From the IMG/VR virus record IMGVR_UViG_2778261588_000004, positions 1-35,326 of that record: a stretch of DNA of 35,326 nt; one strand, given 5' to 3'. Position numbers and translations under genes: made by a program. Below the pieces are notes generated by a model. The model did no database searches and was not told the origin of the DNA. It was given only the letters and a program-made list of their open reading frames with translations. How positions within the stretch are numbered: position 1 is the stretch's first letter; each line of letters opens with the position of its first letter. The DNA comes from a virus. Its lineage: Duplodnaviria > Heunggongvirae > Uroviricota > Caudoviricetes. This document shows positions 30,478 through 35,326 of the stretch, piece by piece.

Positions 30478-31302
30478 ATGTCTCAGAACTTAGACGCAAC
30501 CGCAATTAATCAAATCCATGCCCTTATTTCTGCTCAGGGTGTTAATGAAATTATCAGTAAGATTGGTGCCGATGCTGTGGCATTGCCTGAGAATTTCCGC
30601 ATTCATGATCTGGAAAAATTTAATTTAAATCGCTTCCGTTTCCGTGGTGCGCTTTCCACTGCCAGTATCGATGACTTTACCCGTTATTCTAAAGATCTTG
30701 CAGATGAAGGCACCCGCTGCTTTATCGATGCCGATAATATGCGTGCCGTCAGTGTGCTTAACCTGGGTACTATTGATGAACCAGGTCACGCAGATAACAC
30801 CGCCACTCTCAAACTGAAAAAGACAGCACCGTTCTCTGCTCTGTTGTCTGTTAACGGCGAGCGTAACTCCCAGAAGTCACTGGCAGAATGGATTGAAGAC
30901 TGGGCCGACTACCTTGTGGGCTTTGATGCTAATGGTGACGCCATTCAGGCAACCAAAGCGGCTGCGGCGATCCGTAAAATCACAATTGAAGCGAACCAGA
31001 CCGCTGATTTTGAAGACAATGACTTCAGCGGCAAACGCTCCCTGATGGAGTCTGTCGAAGCGAAAACCAAAGACATTATGCCAGTGGCATTTGAATTTAA
31101 ATGCGTTCCGTTTGAAGGCCTGAAAGAACGTCCGTTTAAATTACGCCTCAGCATTATCACTGGCGATCGTCCTGTACTGGTTCTGCGCATTATTCAGTTG
31201 GAAGCATTGCAGGAAGAAATGGCTAACGAATTTCGTGATCTGCTTGTTGAGAAATTCAAAGACAGCAAAGTAGAAACCTTTATTGGTACTTTCACCGCCT
31301 GA
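30478..31302 (+). CDS. YfdQ-like protein (DUF2303-type)
   Basis: 274-aa ORF with GTGAGGA ahead of the ATG; size and position match yfdQ of CPS-53; family from memory. Confidence 0.65.
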   Translation: MSQNLDATAINQIHALISAQGVNEIISKIGADAVALPENFRIHDLEKFNLNRFRFRGALSTASIDDFTRYSKDLADEGTRCFIDADNMRAVSVLNLGTIDEPGHADNTATLKLKKTAPFSALLSVNGERNSQKSLAEWIEDWADYLVGFDANGDAIQATKAAAAIRKITIEANQTADFEDNDFSGKRSLMESVEAKTKDIMPVAFEFKCVPFEGLKERPFKLRLSIITGDRPVLVLRIIQLEALQEEMANEFRDLLVEKFKDSKVETFIGTFTA

Positions 31303-31430
31303 TTTCATTACTGCAAATGCCCCTGCGGGGGCATTTATGGAAACGTAATTGACTCAATAATCGCCGGATGGTGAGAGCTTCCTTTTAGCAGAATTCAGCG
31401 CGGTGCAGCGCATATAAAGTGGAGAACGAA

Positions 31431-31967
31431 ATGTCATTTATTAAAACTTTTTCCGGGAAGCATTTTTATTATGACAGGATAAATAAAGACGACATCGTGA
31501 TTAACGATATCGCAGTTTCCCTTTCAAATATCTGTCGCTTTGCAGGACATCTTTCACACTTCTACAGTGTCGCCCAGCATGCGGTGCTTTGCAGCCAGCT
31601 GGTGCCGCAGGAATTTGCTTTTGAAGCGTTAATGCATGATGCAACAGAAGCATATTGCCAGGACATCCCCGCGCCACTGAAACGACTTCTTCCTGACTAT
31701 AAACGGATGGAAGAAAAAATAGACGCCGTAATCCGTGAGAAATACGGGTTACCTCCTGTTATGAGCACGCCAGTGAAATATGCCGATCTCATTATGCTGG
31801 CAACCGAACGCCGCGATCTCGGGCTTGATGATGGCTCTTTCTGGCCTGTACTGGAAGGCATCCCGGCAACAGAGATGCTCAAAGTTATTCCACTGTCACC
31901 AGGCCATGCCTACGGGATGTTTATGGAACGTTTTAACGAGTTATCGGAGTTACGCAAATGCGCATGA
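31431..31967 (+). CDS. HD-domain hydrolase (YfdR-like, putative 5'-deoxynucleotidase)
   Basis: His/Asp metal-binding motifs (AQHAVLCS, ALMHDATEAY); probable start MSFIKT at 31431, four codons inside the track ORF. Confidence 0.65.
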   Translation: MSFIKTFSGKHFYYDRINKDDIVINDIAVSLSNICRFAGHLSHFYSVAQHAVLCSQLVPQEFAFEALMHDATEAYCQDIPAPLKRLLPDYKRMEEKIDAVIREKYGLPPVMSTPVKYADLIMLATERRDLGLDDGSFWPVLEGIPATEMLKVIPLSPGHAYGMFMERFNELSELRKCA

Positions 31968-32485
31968 ATGTTTTCGAAATGGAAGGGTTTCTTCGCGGGA
32001 AATGTGTACCGCGAGATCTGAAAGTGAACGAAACAAATGCTGAGTACCTGGTACGTAAGTTCGACGCGCTTGAAGCTAAATGCGAGACGCTGGCGGCGGA
32101 GAATGCGGGGCTGAAACACGCAATGGCCGTAACTCTTGAGCATGTGTCGGTCACGGATGCAGGGCAGGCTGGTGTTGCTGCAATGATTATCAACGATGCC
32201 CTACACCACAGCGAAACTCCAGCTACCGATGCTTTTCTGGCTGAAATTCGTGCGGAAGCACGCAACGAGGGGATTAACTATACCGCAAGTCGTCTTGCTG
32301 CTGCTTTCAACCACGGATTTATCAATAAGTCTTTACGTGAAGTTTTCGACGTTACGCGCATGATTCTGTCAGCGAAAGAAGAGTTGGCTAATGAACCGCA
32401 CCCGATTGATGGCCTGTCCGGTGAATATGCGGAGAAATCCCTTGAAGAATGGGCGGAACAGATTCGCAAAGGAGCTGACAAGTGA
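31958..32485 (+). CDS. Hypothetical early-left protein (YfdS position)
   Basis: 175-aa ORF overlapping the preceding stop; no family recognised. Confidence 0.5.
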   Translation: MRMNVFEMEGFLRGKCVPRDLKVNETNAEYLVRKFDALEAKCETLAAENAGLKHAMAVTLEHVSVTDAGQAGVAAMIINDALHHSETPATDAFLAEIRAEARNEGINYTASRLAAAFNHGFINKSLREVFDVTRMILSAKEELANEPHPIDGLSGEYAEKSLEEWAEQIRKGADK

Positions 32486-32892
32486 AGAAGATGATTTTTG
32501 TGGCGGCATTGCTGACCATTACCCAACAGGTGCAGGCTTCAGCAGTTATTGTGGCATCTACCGCCGCGACCACGGCTGCTGTAGCTGCTGCGAACTCTGC
32601 GAATATCGCAAACCAACAGTCACAGCGTGCTGCCAATGCATCAGCCAGTGTTCACCCAATCGCCATTAAGACCGGCAAGAAAAATATAGGTTTCATAACA
32701 TGCGGCAAACGTTCTGGCGAGGCTGTAGGTTCACTTGGATGTACGGTATATGAGGGTAGTGAGAGTAGAGAAATTCCATGGAAAACGTGGCCCGGATATG
32801 TTCTCGGCTCGAAGCTCCCTGCCAGCTATGAAGTAAACGCCGTATCGTTTGATCACTATAACGGCGTGGCAACGGTCTATTTTGCATATTGA
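32482..32892 (+). CDS. Hypothetical exported protein (N-terminal signal peptide)
   Basis: MKKMIFVAALLTITQQVQA signal-like N-terminus followed by an Ala/Thr/Ser-rich segment; ATGA coupling. Confidence 0.5.
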   Translation: MKKMIFVAALLTITQQVQASAVIVASTAATTAAVAAANSANIANQQSQRAANASASVHPIAIKTGKKNIGFITCGKRSGEAVGSLGCTVYEGSESREIPWKTWPGYVLGSKLPASYEVNAVSFDHYNGVATVYFAY

Positions 32893-33434
32893 GGCTCCGC
32901 ATGAAATTCTCCAAATTTTCTGAGTTGGTGAATCGTATTTTGTCCAACAACCACAGCCATCGTCGCGATATGGATGTAACGATCGTTGTTCATTCGCCTG
33001 GCAGCATTGGTTCAACACCCTCAGTTGAGGTTCAGTCAATTCACGCTGGTTTTGATTGGGATTCCGGGAAAGTGCTGATTTTCCCAGCACAGCCACTGAC
33101 CACGCTAACACCAGAACAGATTACTGATATTACTGATAGTGTGCGCAAAGGTCAGTCCTGGCACGCATATCAGGAATACAAGAAGCATAAAGAGCAGTTG
33201 GAAAAATTATCGATTGAACTTGATGCCGCAAAACAGCGCATTGCAGAGTTAGAAAGTGGTTCTCAGGCACAAAAGTTAGTTGAAGCAATCATTGTTGCGA
33301 TAGAAAACGAACAGGAAAGGCTTTTTGATGAAGATTACCTAATGGATTCGAAAGGATGCATTGACGTAATTCGTGAAGAAGTAAAGCGATGGAATGATTC
33401 CCGCGCCGCTGGCATTCGCATCAAAGGAGAGTGA
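32889..33434 (+). CDS. Hypothetical early-left protein
   Basis: 181-aa ORF with a coiled-coil-like middle (KEQLEKLSIELDAAKQRIAELES); start codon uncertain. Confidence 0.45.
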   Translation: MRLRMKFSKFSELVNRILSNNHSHRRDMDVTIVVHSPGSIGSTPSVEVQSIHAGFDWDSGKVLIFPAQPLTTLTPEQITDITDSVRKGQSWHAYQEYKKHKEQLEKLSIELDAAKQRIAELESGSQAQKLVEAIIVAIENEQERLFDEDYLMDSKGCIDVIREEVKRWNDSRAAGIRIKGE

Positions 33435-33435
33435 T

Positions 33436-33984
33436 ATGAGCGCTATAACCAAAGAACGCATCAAATTATTCATTAAAAATCCGCTTGATAACGGACTTAC
33501 TCGTGGCGAACAAATGGAACTGGCACGGATTGCGCTGGCATCGCTGGAAGCAGAGCCTATAAGCCAAACTTACAACTTGCCAGAGTTAATCGAAGGCATG
33601 GAAGTTTCCATTGATGTAAGCACTTGTGATGCTGATTTAGGTAATCGCTATTTCGGCACCGTCACCGAGGCGTTAGAACTTGATACAGCCAAGAATGGTT
33701 ACATCCTCCTGGTTCAGGACGCAGAGCCAAACTTCGATGTAAATGGCAACTCTCCGGGAACTCCGGATAGTTGGATAATCTGTAGTGATCGAATGCCTGA
33801 AAAGGGCCAGAACGTGCTTATTTCGGTGAATTTCGATAGCTCTCTGGTTGAACCGCTAATATGCTCCGTACGCTATACCGGAAGCACCTTTCGGCGCGGA
33901 GATGCAACGATTAAGCCGGGTAATGGTATTGAGCAAGCAACTCACTGGATGCCGCTACCGGAACCGCCGCAGGAGGTGAAGTGA
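33436..33984 (+). CDS. DUF551-type protein
   Basis: ATG at 33436 with AAGGAGA 5 nt upstream; C-terminal ...THWMPLPEPP signature typical of DUF551. Confidence 0.6.
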   Translation: MSAITKERIKLFIKNPLDNGLTRGEQMELARIALASLEAEPISQTYNLPELIEGMEVSIDVSTCDADLGNRYFGTVTEALELDTAKNGYILLVQDAEPNFDVNGNSPGTPDSWIICSDRMPEKGQNVLISVNFDSSLVEPLICSVRYTGSTFRRGDATIKPGNGIEQATHWMPLPEPPQEVK

Positions 33985-34556
33985 TGAACAACTTAATGAT
34001 CGACCTTGAGACGATGGGGAAAAATAAGGATGCACCGATCGTTTCCATTGGCGCGGTGTTCTTCACTCCAGAAACCGGAGACATCGGACAAGAATTCTAT
34101 ACGGTTGTTAGCCTGGAAAGTGCTATGGGGCAAGGAGCTACACCTGACGGCGATACCATCCTGTGGTGGTTGAAACAAAGCCCTGAAGCACGAGCTGCAA
34201 TCTGTATTGATGATACTTTGTCGATCAGCGATGCTCTCTCAGAACTAAATCATTTCATTAACCGGCACGCAGCCAATACGAACTATTTAAAAGTCTGGGG
34301 TAACGGGGCCACCTTCGACAACGTAATTTTACGTGGAGCTTATGAGCGAGCAGGACAAATCTGCCCGTGGGCATACTGGAATGACCACGATGTACGCACG
34401 ATCGTTACGCTTGGGCGTTCCATCGGATTCGACCCAAAAATGGACATGCCTTTCGATGGCGAACGGCACAACGCCCTGGCCGATGCCCGTCATCAGGCAA
34501 AATATGTTTCCGCTATCTGGCAGAAATTAATTCCTGCCACCAGCACAGAATTATGA
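33981..34556 (+). CDS. Putative 3'-5' exonuclease (DEDD-type)
   Basis: N-terminal IDLETMG acidic motif and later H...D motif (ERHNALADARHQAKY) consistent with a DnaQ-like fold. Confidence 0.65.
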   Translation: MMNNLMIDLETMGKNKDAPIVSIGAVFFTPETGDIGQEFYTVVSLESAMGQGATPDGDTILWWLKQSPEARAAICIDDTLSISDALSELNHFINRHAANTNYLKVWGNGATFDNVILRGAYERAGQICPWAYWNDHDVRTIVTLGRSIGFDPKMDMPFDGERHNALADARHQAKYVSAIWQKLIPATSTEL

Positions 34557-34565
34557 TTTTCCCGG

Positions 34566-34865
34566 GTGCAGCCGGTTTTGATGGAGAAAATTATGAACAC
34601 CTTGTTTTTACTGATGGCTGAATTCAATACCCCAAACATTGAGCTGTCAGCTGTATGCCAAAAGTATTTCGGTATGAGCCCTAACACAGCAGAAGCGAAA
34701 GCAAATGCATGCCAGTTGCCGATCCCGACTTATCGTGTTGGTACATCACAGAAAGCAAAGCGCTGCATCAACATTCAGGATCTTGCTGAATATATAGATA
34801 AACGGCGTGAAGAAGGCAGAATTGAATGGGAGAGGGTAAGAACAAATAGGAAAATAAATAACTAA
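34566..34865 (+). CDS. Small DNA-binding protein, PrtN/excisionase-like (tentative)
   Basis: 99-aa ORF (true start may be an internal Met); last gene of the early-left operon, where excisionase-type genes sit in lambdoid phages. Confidence 0.4.
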   Translation: MQPVLMEKIMNTLFLLMAEFNTPNIELSAVCQKYFGMSPNTAEAKANACQLPIPTYRVGTSQKAKRCINIQDLAEYIDKRREEGRIEWERVRTNRKINN

Positions 34866-34871
34866 TCTCAC

Positions 34872-34899
34872 AAAAAACCCGCTTCGGCGGGTTAGTTTT
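34872..34899. terminator. Bidirectional intrinsic terminator between convergent genes
   Basis: Hairpin AACCCGC-TTCG-GCGGGTT (34876..34893) flanked by AAAAAA (34872..34877) on one side and T-rich TAGTTTTC on the other. Confidence 0.65.
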
Positions 34900-35326
34900 C
34901 ATCTTTATAATTCTGGGCAATTCGCGCCAGATAGCTCATCACATCATGTTTTCTTGCTTTTTCATGTGCATCGGGATACATAATAGCAATGAGTGAATAT
35001 TTATTCTCATAAAGCTCACCTTGGACATACACAAGACAAGCATCATTATCAGGATCACCTTTCTTGCAGACCCTATCCGGTTGTGGAAGTTTCTCGGGAA
35101 ACTTGTTTGGCGGTAGACAAAGATGGATATGCATCAACCCAGCCCGAAAAGCACCATAAGGCTGAGTATACGCAACGTCCCTACCGAAATAATGCGGAAG
35201 CTCACCGGTTGCTTTGTATCTCTTGAAATCATCAATGATAGAAGACTCTAGCTCCGGGAATTTGAGAAAAACTTCATCAAAAAATTCAGCTCTAGTTTCT
35301 GGATTAATAGAGACTTCTAGATGCAT
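34892..35326 (-). CDS. YafO-family toxin-like protein; start at window edge
   Basis: Shares YafO motifs (GELPHYFGRDVAYTQPY; CLVYVQGELYENKYSLIAIMYPDAHEKARKH); ATG is the last codon in the window so upstream context is unseen. Confidence 0.6.
   Translation of the reverse strand: MHLEVSINPETRAEFFDEVFLKFPELESSIIDDFKRYKATGELPHYFGRDVAYTQPYGAFRAGLMHIHLCLPPNKFPEKLPQPDRVCKKGDPDNDACLVYVQGELYENKYSLIAIMYPDAHEKARKHDVMSYLARIAQNYKDEN

Overview
This window is most of an integrated lambdoid prophage of the E. coli type, with strongly mosaic ancestry. All family assignments are from reading the translated ORFs against remembered reference proteins; no database search was run. From left to right: (1) a lambda-like tail, head and packaging block on the minus strand (L partial, M, H, G/GT, V, U, Z, FII, FI, E, D, C, B, W, A, Nu1), ending at a lambda-like cos site near 13.75 kb; (2) a DLP12-like accessory block (YlcI-, YbcW-, YbcV-like ORFs and Bor); (3) a lysis cassette with lambda-like Rz/Rz1 but a phage-21-type pinholin and a SAR-type lysozyme, with extra ORFs inserted between holin and endolysin; (4) a structured late-regulatory region with several terminators; (5) a cargo module next to the Q antiterminator gene (AT-rich 200-aa hypothetical, FaeA/PapI-like small protein, beta-class adenine methyltransferase); (6) a nin-like region (DUF968-like, KilA-N, RusA, LexA-type DNA-binding protein, Dam-like methyltransferase, YfdN-like); (7) a replication module with iterons inside the O-like gene; (8) an immunity region (CII-like, Cro-like, OR, CI repressor with S24 peptidase domain, OL/pL); (9) a CPS-53-like early-left operon (YfdP/Q/R-like, DUF551, exonuclease) ending at a YafO-like toxin gene at the window edge. 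The best candidates for something undescribed are: an orphan coiled-coil/zinc-ribbon gene antisense to pL in the immunity region, with its own terminator; a GC-rich structured leader with a 21-nt hairpin that recurs in the late leader; the cargo module between Q and the lysis genes; and the extra genes between holin and endolysin.
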